A DNA stretch of 64,000 nucleotides from Eledone cirrhosa (lineage: Eukaryota). Each line of letters starts with the position of its first letter. The first letter of the stretch is position 1. The DNA lies in contig OZ024741.1 in assembly GCA_964016885.1 (NCBI GenBank), positions 179,056,001 through 179,120,000 of the forward strand, read 5' to 3'. This document shows, one piece after another, positions 1 through 13,370 of the stretch. The notes beneath the pieces were generated by a model, which was not told the DNA's origin, did not search any database, and saw nothing but the letters and a program-made list of their open reading frames with translations. A program made the translations under genes and the position numbers.

Positions 1-7
1 TAAGTGC

Positions 8-370
8 TCAGACGAGTCAACCGATTTTTCCGTTCGAGGTGGTGGGGTGTAAATCTCTAATCCAGGAAGCCATATGCTGTGACACAATCCGGCTCCAGCC
101 TTGGCACTTTGTCCACAAACCTGGCCAATGCCACCCGTAACGCAGAGGAGCGGAAGATATCCATATACTAGGACATGACCAAACTGCTTCGTCTTCGTGC
201 TGGTCGCCATCGAGACCTCCGATGTTCTGCCGTGTTCTTCGGCAAAATTGAGAGGAATTCATATAGCCTGGAGAAGGAGCTGTGAGGTGGAGCAGCAGAT
301 ACATTTAGTGCCGCTGGCTGTTCCCAACGGCAATACTTTAGCCATCTTGTCTGCGGGTGGCAGCTGAGAT
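8..370 (+). mobile_element. Decayed 3' fragment of a CRE-type non-LTR retrotransposon (restriction-like endonuclease domain)
   Basis: Manual translation across frameshifts gives KSLIQEAICCDT...AEERKISIY...FVLVAIETSD...GNTLAILSAG, resembling the WDxTCxDT / AExxKxxKY / PxAxETxG / RGNAxxIL motif series of CRE-like RLE domains. Confidence 0.6.
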
Positions 371-428
371 ACACCACCTAGACAGGGGTACAGAGCCTGC
401 CCATCCCTCCCCCTTTTTCATTATTTAA

Positions 429-467
<39 letters not shown>

Positions 468-569
468 GTTATAACATATTACTAATATATTTACATGTGG
501 TTGTAGTATATTCGACGTACATATTTAATGTATACAATCAACATTGATGACAGTCGATATTAGAGCTGT

Positions 570-800
570 GGAGGCAAGGATGATGAAATGGCAAAATTGA
601 TAGAGCCTCGGATAAAATGTCAATATGGTATTTATTCTGGCTCTTTACATTCTGAGTTCAAATCGCGCCAAGGTCAGCTTTACTTTTCATCCTTCCGCGG
701 TTGATAAAATAAAGTACCAGTAATGAACTGGGTTCGATTTAATCTGCTTTGCCCTTCCCCAAATTTTACTGGCATAATGCCTAAATTAGAAATCAATATT
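570..800 (+). mobile_element. Old tRNA-derived SINE (family 1)
   Basis: B box GAGTTCAAATC followed by the conserved CTTTTCATCCTTCCGCGGTTGATAAAATAAAGTACCAG block shared with about 20 other copies in the window. Confidence 0.75.
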
Positions 801-1360
801 ACAGCAGGCAATCCAGTCATGAAACAGCAGTTCGCATCCAGTTAGCAATGCTTTGTTATAGACAGAGATCAGCGAGAGTGAGAAGACACAAACCATATTA
901 ACCTATAGTTCAGTAATCCGACATCGTTTCAATACAGACAGCTGAAAGTCCTATTATATTAGCACCAACATGTGAACATCTAAATATTTCACTGACGTGT
1001 ATGTCAGACTTCTAACAAGTCATTTTAAACTGCTCACAGAAGAAGACTTAAAAGCTTTTCTAAAAATAAAAGACACGAGATCATTCAGTGAAAGTCGTGC
1101 CTTACTGAATGATCAACCATACCACTATCAATGAAATCATTTATTATTTTACGTCTATACTAGTTTTAGCCATTAGACTGCAGCCATACTCGGACACAAC
1201 TCTGAAGGGATTTAGTCGATCATATCGACCTTGCATTTATTTTATCGATCTTCTTTATGTGGAACCACTAAGTTACAAAACAGAAATGCAAACACAGACC
1301 CGGCCACACACGCACGCACACACACATATATAATCATATATATATATATATATATATATA

Positions 1361-1670
1361 TAGTCGTTTTAGAAGCCTCAACAATGCAGATGGGTAAATC
1401 TCCGGGTAACAGAATCAGGTGGCAATGAGAGAGAGAGATGTAAGAGGAAGCATAGAAAGAGACGTAGAGAGCGTAAACGAACATAGGAAGAGTGTAAAAA
1501 ATAATAACACGATAATAACAATAATAATACGCCCTCTACGTCTCTTTCTACGCTTCCTCTTCTCTCTCTCTCTCTCATTACCACCTGATTTGCCCATCTG
1601 TAGTGTTGAAGCTTCCAAAATGACTATTTTTAATATTCCACAATGCTTCAAGCAAACTTTAACACTCTCT
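1361..1670. repeat. Tail-out inverted-repeat cassette between (TA)n runs (PLE pseudo-LTR-like)
   Basis: 1361-1475 is a diverged reverse complement of ~1527-1630; both outer ends abut (TA)n. Confidence 0.75.
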
Positions 1671-3319
1671 TATATATATATATATGGGGGGGGGGGCGTG
1701 TGTGTGTGTATATAATCATATCACGCGACGAGCTTGTGTGCATTTTCTGTCTTCCAAATTTCATTTGTAAAGCATTACTCAGCCAAAGCTTATAGTAAAT
1801 TATTCAAGGCCCAGTAATGAAACTGAATCCAAAACCATGTTTGCTAATCAATCTCCTTAACCACACAGCCACGCTTTTGCTTATTGTTTACCTATTATTT
1901 ACATGATTTTAAGTTGTTTTGATTGGTTTTGTTTGTGTTCATTTTGTCTCATTTTATCTCATTTTTCTCGAGAAATAATTTATCTGTTCTTTATTTTCAT
2001 GTGGTGTGCGTTCGTGTTGTTCGGACAGTATGCGTTGTATGTGAATGTAACATGGCTGAATGTTTCAGAAGTCCACTTTACAAATATAAGATCCCGGATT
2101 CAACGCCACTGCGTGACATCTTGGACAGGTATCTTTACCGTAGCCTCGAGTAGACCCAAGACTGTGAATGAAATTGGAAACTGTATAGAAGCATGTCGAG
2201 TTGGTTGCACTTCTAATTTAGAAGTCCCTACAACTCCCTGAAAATTACGTTCAGTATACACGTGTCTGTGGAATGTTCAGCCAGCCACATGTTAATTTCA
2301 CGAGCAGGAAGTTCCGTTAGTCGAAAAACTAGATTATTGACAAAGGTGCATTTACCTTTACCCGAGTTTTATGTGTAATACTCATGTGAATGCGTATGAT
2401 ATATAAGATATTACTTATGTTTACTAACTGGGTTCATTCCGTTTTTGTTTTATTTGTATTCTGTTTTGTTTTGTTTTTTATCCAATATGCTGGCTTTATT
2501 TCACGTACATGCTGCAAGGTATTTCGACAATATATCATGTACCAGACACTAATTTACGTGCTCCATTTTTATTATAAATGTCTGAAATTAGTTTAAAAAT
2601 TGGATCGAAGTATGTTTGAAATATCGGCTTATAGTATAAATCTATTAATATCAGGTTATTGCTAAGTAGATAATTCTAGATTTTCAAAGTAAGATTGACA
2701 TGTGAGGAACGAAGAAATTACATGTTAACTCTGACCTGATGATACATACTTTTGTTTTGAACATTCCCATCTCTAAACATGATTCACTAATACCTTTCTC
2801 GGAATGTATATCATTCACGTATAATAATGGTCTTAGTGGTTTTGTCCGCTATCACGCAAAGGAGATGGTATGGGAGTAGAAGCTGTCAAACGACAAATAG
2901 AAAGTGAATGAGTGACAGCAAATGCCAAATGAAAATAAGTGGAAGGATCGTGTGTTCATTCCACTGCCCCAACTGGCAAACATGGAAATAGAGTGAGAAA
3001 AAGAACATGAAAGTGGATCAGAGTTTAGCTTATGTTGCGTTAAGTAGAATATATTGTGATAAAAGAACTTCTGTTATGATGATAATAACATGTATATCTT
3101 TAAATATTTTGTAATATTTTTAGCAAATATAGTATCGACTAAATTTAGTTTCAATGATTACTACAGCGTGTAAATATTTGTATTTTAAAATAAACGTACT
3201 TTACTATATTTTACCTTCATTTCGTTAACATTTTAAAGGCCATTTAATTAAGATGAATATATTTGCTGTCATTATTGAGGTTGAGTTTGGTCTTGTGCCT
3301 AAATTAGAAACCATTATTG

Positions 3320-3740
3320 ACGGTGGGTTGGCAGAATCGTCAGAGCGTCAGAGTAATGTATCGCAATATTTTTCCGGTTTCTTTCTTTCTGAGTTCAAAT
3401 TCCACTGAGGTCAACATTGCCTTTTATCCTCCATGGTCGATTAAATAAAGTAATAGTCAAGTACTGGGGTTCGATTTAATGGGCTCTACTCTCCCTCAAA
3501 TTGCTGGCCCTTTGTCTAAAGTAGAAATCATTATTAATGATACAGGGATGACGCAGAATAAAATAACTTAAGGTATTTGTTTTGACTCTTTACGTTTCGA
3601 GTTCAAATACCACTGAAGTCTTCTTTGATTTTTTCCTTCCTGGATAGATAAAGTAAAATACAAGTTAAATACTATGGTCGATATAAACGACTATCCACTT
3701 TCCTTGAATTGTTTTCCTTGTATCTAAATTAGAACCTATT
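3320..3740 (+). mobile_element. Two adjacent old family 1 SINEs
   Basis: Two GAGTTCAAAT B boxes (~3391, ~3599), each followed by a degenerate core and an AGAAA(T/C)CATTATT-like tail. Confidence 0.7.
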
Positions 3741-4629
3741 GTTGGCGTGTACACTAATCATATATAAATTAAGACCCCATTGGGCAATGTATTCTTAGAT
3801 GCAATATATGAAAATAAATTATGCGGATGAAAATAAATTATGCGGTTGATACATTTTAACCATGGACCTATTAAGTTAATGTTTTGAAATTCAGATACTA
3901 CCTATCAGGCGAGCTTCAACACAGTTTACATCTACCCAATTTCTCTCACGATGCTTGGGAGGATCCGAGGCTATGGTAAAGAAACTAGCCTAAAATATCA
4001 TATAGAGTAATCTAACTCTAGACTTTATAATTGCAGAGCAAACTTCTTAACCCTTTCATTATCATATTCCTACTGAGAAACAATGAATATAATTTTCAAA
4101 TTTTGAAATAATCAAGAATTTGGAAGGATTTAGTAAAATAATTAACTTTCTCATTAAGTTGGTGTTTGGCACATAACAAAGATTCTTACATAAAATTATG
4201 CTTTTAGATAAATATTAACATTTTAAAACTAACTTCTGTGTCATAATATTGAGAACGGTTTCAGACGGTTTGGTACCAAAAGGGTCAAACCATTCAACCA
4301 TGCCTGTATCCAAAATATTGTATATATCACACTCTTAAATAGACTGAATCTCACTCCCAAACTATGTTATGGCTAATATATTTATTTTTCTATATTTTTT
4401 CTAGATGTTCAATTCAAAGTATTTACATGGATTTAATCGGTAAGTATAAATGTGTATAAATATATATGTGCAGCATTCGTGAGTGAGCATTCTTTTTCCG
4501 TATCCTATAATCATGCGGATGTGGATTTTTTTTTCTTTTCTTTTGTGGGGACTTTTGTAGGGATGTTGCCAAATAGAATGTTCCAGTTTTCAGAAAATAC
4601 TGCAAGTTTAAATATATATATATATATAT

Positions 4630-5745
4630 CAATAATATTGATTTCTTTATTTATTTCTTTATTTATTTATTTATTTATATATATCAATAATATTAATAAA
4701 TGGAAGCTATCTTTATAAAAGCATATTTATTTTATTTTATTATATATATTTCAAGGATACCAAAATTTTGGTACGCCCTCATCAGATAAAATACGAAAGG
4801 GGGTTTATAGATAGTGACATATTCAAACTAGAACTTAATGTTGTGAGTTTAAATATGAATATTGAAGAAAAACTTCAAATCACAAGATGAATATGCTAAT
4901 GGGGATAACGTTAAAATTGAAAAAGATCGTTATATTTAGACGCTATGTAAATTTAAATAATTATTAGGATTATTTTTTTTATAAGAAAGGGAAATAGAGG
5001 TTATTATTAGGGTGGAAGAAAATTTAAGGAAAGATTTTAAGAAAATATATATTAAAGTTATTAACAGACTATTTATAGGAATGTCCGTATATAATTGTCC
5101 GGAACAAATTTGTGAGGGTGTAGAGAGAATGAAATAATTATATTTGTTTTTATTTATTTTATTATTTAATTATATATTTATAATATAATATGTGAATTAT
5201 AAATTTATGTGTTAAAGTGAGAGAATATTAATTTAAAATGTGAGAGATATCTTGTATTTATATATACGATTGGGTCTATTCTATTAGTGTGTTTTAATAT
5301 TATGAAGATTGTAGTTATAAGTATATTTTATGAAGATTGCAGTTATAAGTATTTATTATATTATAACAGGTTATTTATATTATAACAGTTATTATTTATA
5401 TTATAACAGTTATTATATTATAACAGGTTATTTATATATATAAATAGTTTTGGTGAGTTATTTAATAGATAAATAATTTAGATATTTTTATATAAGAAGA
5501 GTTACGATATGTTGGGCGAAGATATGTTTACATTTTCAATATATGGCTTAAGAATATGGAAGTAGTTCTATTTTAGTATAGAAGATGTATACTAATTTGT
5601 ATATTCAATAGTTGCATCAAGATAGAAATAAATTTAAGAATTTATTAATATTATTGCTATTATACTCCCGAATAAATCTGTTGAGTGCTTCTAATCTGTT
5701 ATAAACTAAATTTGTTGAATAATCAACAAATTAAATAACTCATTG

Positions 5746-5748
<3 letters not shown>
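4630..5748 (-). mobile_element. Highly decayed Penelope-like element with hammerhead and inverted 5' pLTR piece
   Basis: Flanked by (TA)n. Hammerhead at 4733-4793. Shares blocks with 35070-35290 and 43160-43270. 5640-5748 is the oppositely oriented 3' tail. Confidence 0.6.
4733..4793 (-). ncRNA. Minimal type I hammerhead ribozyme motif
   Basis: Minus strand reads UAUUUUAU-CUGAUGA-GGGCGUACCAAAAUUUUGGUAUCCUU-GAAA-UAUAUAUA-AUAAAAUA: intact core, 8 bp stem I, long stem II, palindromic stem III. Confidence 0.85.
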
Positions 5749-5813
<65 letters not shown>

Positions 5814-5979
5814 GAAAAAAGATGAAATCAAAAATACAACTGGAGTCTTTTTAAGAATATTTCTTTTTTCGCTTTACCGGTTTCACAGTTCTTATGCTTT
5901 TCAAAAGTAGAATTGAGATGGGCAGTTTGTGGTTTTACTCGCATCTCTCTCTCTATATATATATATATATATAATCGTC

Positions 5980-7117
5980 TTTGCCCACTTATTTCAGTGT
6001 GGGTCGTGAGAGCAAAGTCCTCAAGCACACCTTTCAGCAGGTCCTGTCAGGAACAACTGTCTCCAATTTAACTGGCTGGATTCCCAAACGAGACCAACTG
6101 AGCTGATTGATATTATCCAACCATCTTGCTCGGGATCCACCCTTGGGTCTCTTTGTCGGTTGGCTTCGCCCATAAAGTCTGTCCAGCGAATTTTTCCTTA
6201 GACATTCTGGCCACATGCCCGGAGTTTAGGAGCTGTGGTTTCTTAATTCGGAAACGTAGCGACTCTACGTGGAGTGATTCTCTGATCTCCGAGCTACGCT
6301 GTCTCTCCAGTAACGTTACTCCAAGGGCCCTTCGGGAAAAACCTATTTCGGCCGCTTTTATTCGTGATCGTATATTTTCAGGCATTACCCAAGCTTTATG
6401 ACCATAGGTAAGGGTTGGCACGAATACCGAATTGACGATAGCGAGTTTGGCTTTTACACCTACCTTCCTTCTTTTGATAACCGATTGCTGAAGCTGACAC
6501 ATTACTGCACCCGCTCCTACAATTTTTCCACTGAATTCAATCTCCTGTCTTCCATCAGTCATGATATTGGAACTTCACCTGCGTCAGTGAAGCTCCACTA
6601 GCATGTAGAGTGAACAGCGCAGGCTTCTTTGCGAAGACAACTGTCTGTTTTCATAGTACGGATCTTTATTCCTGCGGTGCAGCAAAACTATCAAGTGCAT
6701 ATCGGAGATCGTCTTCCGACAAATTCCAGCCGACTGATCCTACAGCCCCAGTCATAATACCTCTTCCAGCCCGGCTGAGCATGTCACTCCTGTTTAGGAA
6801 AATTAGGAACAGGAGAGGTAACAGTACGAACCCTTGGTGGAGTCCGATACCCACGTTGAACGATTTCGAACACAAATACTAGGACATTCGTATAGAGACA
6901 TCAAAGCAACAAGATGTTGTCCATCGATTACATACTCCTGCAGTACCTTCCACAACAGGTCACCTGGAACGCGGTCATATACCTTTTTGATATCTAGGAA
7001 TCTAGCATATACCTCTTGGCAATATTCTGACGATTTTTCGAAGACATTCCACCGCAGTGTGAATATTACCAGAAACTTCATATAGATTTTACCGGGGAAG
7101 CTTAACAAGGAGATCCC

Positions 7118-7118
<1 letters not shown>
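5980..7118 (-). mobile_element. RTE-clade LINE 3' fragment (decayed reverse transcriptase)
   Basis: ORFs 6803-7210, 6666-6875, 6113-6562 and 6034-6216 carry FLDIKKVYDRVP, GLHQGFVLLPLLF, PTLTYG, GHVARM and RARWLDNI motifs in shifting frames. Confidence 0.9.
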
Positions 7119-7207
<89 letters not shown>

Positions 7208-8129
7208 CATATATATATATATAATAATAATATTAATAAAGATGCTGATGTTACATAAATCGTTTATTCATTATAATTATTTGAACGGTTCTCCTATGTA
7301 ATCAAGATGTAATTTATGCATTTGTTGCTATTATGAGAACGGTATCCTCAGATGAAATTCGATTTTGTGATTGCTGCCGACATTACAGAAAAAACACGTC
7401 CTTCTGCTCGTACGTCCAAAAGACATATGAGTTCCTGAAAGGGTCTCCCAGCCGTTGTGTTTACTGGTGTAAAGTGCTATCTACGTGTCAATTAGCGAAA
7501 TCAGGATTCACGCATCCCCCACGGAATTGATATCGTAAATCAGCAGAAAGGCAACCCCTCAAGTATGTTGTGTTGTTCTGTATCAAACGATAGTCTATGT
7601 GTAGCCAGAATCCAGTAGATAGTGGAAGCAATAAACGAGACTCAGAGGGAGGGTGAGGTATATACTTTGTTGACAGCCACATTCGAGATAACAGCTACAA
7701 CAACAACAGCAATAACAATAACAACGACAACAACAGCAAACACCGACCAATGTCACCTACACTGGTCGTAGCAGTCGTAGTGATAGTAATACCCGGCTAA
7801 CAGCAACAACGATAAAAACAGACGACGACAACAACAACCACAGCAATAAACGGAACTCTGAGGTAGAGCGATATATACACACTAGATGACATCCATCCTC
7901 AAAACAACAGTGACAACAACAACAACGGCAACAACAGCAACACCGCCCATCCATCACCCACACTGGTTGTCACAGTAGTAGTGATATTTGTACCAGCTAA
8001 TGGCAGCTACTGTGGATCGCTGATGTTTCGAACGCATTAAAGACAATGTATCTCACCACAGTGCGTTGATAACTAAGAGGGAAAAAACATGTCTTGGTGT
8101 TTATGTTTGTGTTTCTCTTACATTTTCTA

Positions 8130-8320
8130 AATAATTGTTTCTACTTTAGGCACAAGGCCAGCAATTACTCAGTACATTACTGGTACTTTATTTTATCGAC
8201 CCCGTAAGGATGAAAGGCAAAGTTAACCTCGGCGGGATTTGAACTCAGACTTTAAAGGGACATAACTGTGCTAGAAAGCATGGCGTCCAACCCTCTACCG
8301 ATACTGCCAATTCACCTAAA
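8130..8320 (-). mobile_element. Family 1 tRNA-derived SINE
   Basis: Reverse complement of the consensus seen at 45308-45485. Confidence 0.85.
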
Positions 8321-8829
8321 TAATATATACATATATGCCGGTTCCGGGTTGATACAACTTACTGCTGGAATATGTATTTATGTAATTGTTACTAGCTGTG
8401 CGACCTTTGATGAAACTATTGCCAGTGTGGGAAAATATCAAGTTTTTTTCTGTTTTTACTGACTGACCCGATTATCGAGTGTTTAATGTCAATTCTATTA
8501 ATTTTTGTTGATGATCATAATTAATTTGTAGGATATATCAATACATCCTACAATGTAATTTTGATGCCTTTATTGGATGATTTGATGATTGTCAGCTCGA
8601 TCATCATATTCAAGTTTTGTTGTTAATAAGATTTTGTTTAATATAGCCATCACACTAACGATTCCGTAAAGAAATACTTTGCAACTGATTAACCACAGTT
8701 AACATCGAGTAGGACGTTGTGTTTCCCGATGTTGCAGTACCATGCATGCGAGAAGCATCTCATGGTATTGTGATTTCATGAACTTAGTATAAATATATAT
8801 ATATAGAGAGAGAGTAAACACCCCTTCGA

Positions 8830-9047
8830 ATGAGCTTGGTATTTGCACCTAGAAAGCTTCCCTCCAAGACACAAGTCTGGGCAAGGTTGTTTGTGGAAGA
8901 CCAGCAGTCGTCCATGTATACTAACCTCCCTTCTCCACGTCACCGATGTTGTACAAGGGAAAGGAAAAGGCCGATACAGCTTGGCATCATGAGATCGCAT
9001 TTCATTTCTACAGCTGAGTGAACTGGAGCAACGTGAAGTAAAGTCCG
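8830..9047 (-). mobile_element. SINE family 2 (CORE-like) 3' portion
   Basis: Minus strand ACTTTACTTCACGTTGCTCCAGTTCACTCAGCTG is shared with ~29680, ~49260-49300, ~61250 and ~63390. Confidence 0.65.
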
Positions 9048-9124
9048 GGAATAGAACCCACAATATATATATATATATATAGTGTGTGTGGGAAGCGCTG
9101 GCTGATACGGACCAGGTAAGCGTA

Positions 9125-9230
<106 letters not shown>

Positions 9231-10061
9231 CTTCCCACACTATCCGGTGAGGCGAGCTGGACCTGCCAGTTTTGTGGGTTTTCTTGACTTTAGGTAATCT
9301 CAAGTTACAAATAACTCGATAGTGATCAGCTGACAGCTTAGCCCCTTACATAACACAGATTTCCAGGACAGAATCGAAGCGATAAGAGACAATAACAAAA
9401 TCTATTATTAATCTCTGTCCCGATTTCCCTTATACCATTCGTATTCAGATCGGAATTGCCGTTCCTTCTTATTCTATGTTAGGTAGTCAATGCCAGCAAG
9501 TCTACTAATATGATATATGACTCAGTCTTAACTATTCCTCCCAATTGAAAGATCACAGTTCCGATACTACGGACTTGGGGATAGAATGTCTCAGGAAAGA
9601 ATGGCAAGAAAGATTTACAGGCAAAACCAACTGGCAGGAGACGCATTGGGCAGATGCTGAACAAGATGGTTTGATAAAATCAATGAGTTTAGTTGGTCTA
9701 GCTTGGAGATCCAGTTAGATCAATTGGAGACATATGGCTTTGATACGACCTGCTGGAAGGCGTGCAGACGAACTTTGTCCCCACAACTATCCAAAGAATA
9801 AGCAGGCAAAGATGAAAATCTATATGGCTGCTGAACTTATTCTTCTGTTGTAGATGTTGTTTCAGTGTTATCATCCGGCTCTCGTATGATATTAATATGG
9901 ATTTTAGGACGCGGCCACTCTCCTTGCATGAGAAATATAGGCTATCCACATTACCATTGACGTTAAAGGTTCCAGTAACACATATACATATATACATTCA
10001 TGCATTAATGTATCTATATGTGTGTGTATGTGTGTGTGTTTATATGGATATATATATATAA

Positions 10062-11105
10062 GATTCGGAAGAGGGGCCGCACAGGTCAAGGACAATGGTA
10101 AAACAGAAAACAGTAGTCTTCCGGTTATAAGCCTGCTCATGATTGGCATACAAGACGCAAGGGGCTGCTTTCGATAGAGGGAGAGGCCATCGCACCTCGT
10201 TGACAGCTATCTCCTGCCTCAACCTGTGCATCCCCCAACCAATAAGGCACTGTCCTTCCCCAGCCTGCCTGCTCAGCTGGGTGCTTGAGGCTTAGGGTTA
10301 CTAATGTCCTCAATCGTGGGCTGTAAACACTGCACCAAGGAAAAGAACAAAGAAACAAAGAAAGCAACCAGTATTCAGACTTGGATGCCGGAACATACGA
10401 CCATGCGTACTGGTCTGTCAGATAATTTTCAAAATGTATAAGAGATCAGTGACACCCATAAAACAGCAGTGATTAACAACGAACTGCTACAACTTCAAGT
10501 GGACATTGCAACGTTCCAAGAGACGCGGCTCCCTGATCCGGGGACTCTTCGTGAGAAAGTGTATACCTTCTTCTGGCAGGAGAAACGCATAGACGAGATC
10601 AGAGACCACGGTGTTGGCTTTTCCATGAGGACCTCGCTATTAAAGATGATAAAACTCAGGAAGGATGATTCGGAATTGATCTTCTCGCTCCGATTGTTCC
10701 TTTCTGATGGGTCTGTCAAACTTGTCAATGCTTATGCGCCAACCCTCTTTTTCACACAGGATGACAAGCCTGAGTTTTACGGTCAGCCCTCAAGAAAGAA
10801 AACAGGCGATCCTAAATGGAGAACAGCTGCTGGTGCTACTTGGCGACTTCAACGGAAGCCAGCCATGGTCAGGGTTTCTGGGACGATACGGAATCAGCAG
10901 CATGAATGACAATAGCTAACTCTATGTCACTAACACTTACTTCCAGGCCAAGCTCAGGACAAAGATTCCTAGCATCATCCCCATTCCGAGAACTGTCACC
11001 AGCTATATTTGATTCTCACAAGACGCATCCATCGGAGAAACGTGCTCCTCCCTCGCTCCTTTGTAATTCTGACCAGTGGGATCGCAGTCCAAAGAGACAG
11101 AACAA
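10062..11105 (+). mobile_element. RTE-clade LINE 5' fragment: 5' UTR plus apurinic-like endonuclease
   Basis: ORF 10469-10909 has DIATFQETR, YTFFW, HGVGF, VNAYAPT; LLGDFN lies in the next frame. These are APE motifs. Confidence 0.88.
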
Positions 11106-11619
11106 GTAAATAGTTGAGGAATAAAAAAAGTAACGTTTGTATACCTCCCTACTAATGGAAGGGTAGCAAATTAGCTGAGTCGTTAGAACGTCGGATAGAA
11201 TTCTTTATGGTATTCGATCCGACTCTCTGCTCTCTGAGTTCAAATCCCGCTGAGGTCTACTTTGCTTTTCAACCTTTCGAAGTCAATAAAAAAAAGTTTC
11301 AGTCTAGTACTGGGGGCCGATCCTTCCTCTCTCTGGAAGAAATCTGCTGTATTCAGATTTTGAGAGGGATGGGCTCCGCCAGGATTAAAAGAAACGCCGT
11401 ATGTTAATATGGCGCCCCTACGACAGTATCAGGAATTATGCTACCATACCATACATTTTATTAAACAGCCTAATGAATCTGCCACAAGAAAATAGAGCAA
11501 CGCTTCAAGAACATACATATACATTATATATACATAGACACGTTTACATCATACATATCAATGTATATATATATATATTAGTGAGTATGTGTGTATACAA
11601 ATTTACATTATATATATAA

Positions 11620-12185
11620 TACAATAGAAATGCGTATAACAGCAATGGTGGAACAAAGAAACACAGTACACATATGAATAGCGGAGGCACATTTTATTTG
11701 GAAACGAAAGCCTACTCTAAACCGCCAGAGTGACCTAGTCATAGGAAAACACTTATACACACTCCGACGGCTAATGAATTTACCAAGCCAGAAATGACCT
11801 AGTCTGATGAAGGATTATTAATCCGAAACCGCTCACTATCAAGTGTATCCTACTTACCCAGCAACAAGACTGTACCCACGTGACTGTACCCACGTTCACG
11901 GAAACTATACTAACACTAATCCTAATTCTTATTCTAATTCTAACATTAACTCTCACACATTCCTTTTTCTACACCTCTACCTTCAACTAAAGAAACAACA
12001 AAACACAAAACATATACCGTTTGTAAACAGGTTTTATCTCGTTTATTGTATTTTGTTTTATTCTGACTTCTTCCTCTCATCTCTTTATAGTTCACTCTTC
12101 TTACTTTGGCCTGAACCGCACGCATTACAGAAAAAACTACGCAACCTACTATATATACAAACATATTACTTGAGATACACCAACG
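11620..12185 (+). mobile_element. PLE 3' end (GIY-YIG C-terminus remnant plus pLTR)
   Basis: AEAHFIWKRKPTLNRQ (~11681-11730) resembles the ExxxIxxxxPxLN end of PLE endonucleases. A hammerhead follows. Flanked by TA-rich runs. Confidence 0.6.
11800..11838 (+). ncRNA. Minimal hammerhead motif (stem III mutated)
   Basis: UAGU-CUGAUGA-AGGAUUAUUAAUCC-GAAA-CCGCUC-ACUA; one change from a palindromic GAAACCGGUC. Confidence 0.75.
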
Positions 12186-12219
12186 TTATATATAGATATA
12201 TAGATATATATGGGGGGGT

Positions 12220-12283
<64 letters not shown>

Positions 12284-12339
12284 GTGGACTCGGACAAACG
12301 TTGAGTTGTCTATACAAATATTATATATATCAAAATATT

Positions 12340-13370
12340 ACTGAAGATAGTAAGACTAAAGTAAGACAGTATGGCTATAATACTTACTACATGTGACTAA
12401 AGTACGATAATGTGGCTGTAGTATATAGTAGTTATGATTATAGTAATATTGTATGACTAGTATATATGTCCAAAATAAGATAGTATGACTTTAGTATACA
12501 GTACATATAACCAAAGTAAAATAGCATGATGTATATAGTATATATGACTAAGGCAAGATAGTATGACTGTAGTATATAGTAGATAGTATGTAGTAGATAT
12601 GACTGTTGTATATAGTAAATAGTATGATATGACTAATGTGGTAAAGGAAACAAGGAATCCAACTTAGTGAGATAGGGGATGAGAGAGAGAGAGACAAAAA
12701 GTATACCTGTTAAGACGCACACATAGGGTGACGAGTTGACAGACTAACAACTATGTAGACAGAATGACAGCCATGTTGACAGACAGACAGATTGTCATAC
12801 AAGCATGTAGTCAGCCTGATAGACACGTCGGCAGGCAGAGACTAGCGGTCATAGAAAACAGATATACGTACAGACAAGTAGACAGGCTGACAGGTGAACA
12901 TAGAGATATGTAATCAGCTTGACAGACACGTAGGCGGATGAAGATAGACAGAGAAACAAGCAGACAGGGTGACTGACAGATATACTAACAGACAATCAAA
13001 TAAGCAAATAAGCTCAGAGTTACGTAGACAGACAAATATACAGATTCAAAGAGAAGTAGACATACTGACTGATACGTAAACAGAGACGGACGGTCATGCT
13101 GAGAGACAAGTAGACACGACATATATGTAGACAGACAGACACGAGGGCAAACAGACAAATGAATAAACGAGCAGAAAGACAGACAAATGATAGGTACACA
13201 GGCAGATACCTAAGCAAAGGCATAGACAGACAAACTAGTTGACAAACGAAGAGACACATAGATAGGTAGATTGGTATGTAAGTAGATAGGTAAATAGGTA
13301 GGTAGGTAATTAGGTAGATAGACAGGTGGGTAGGTTGGTGAGTAGGTAGATAAACAGGTGACTAGATAGA
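12340..13370. repeat. Degenerate minisatellite (TAGTATGACT-like) followed by GACA/GGTA-rich low-complexity tract
   Basis: Recurrent TAGTATGACT / AGTATATAGTA units, then AGACAGAC and GGTAGGTA repeats. Confidence 0.7.
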
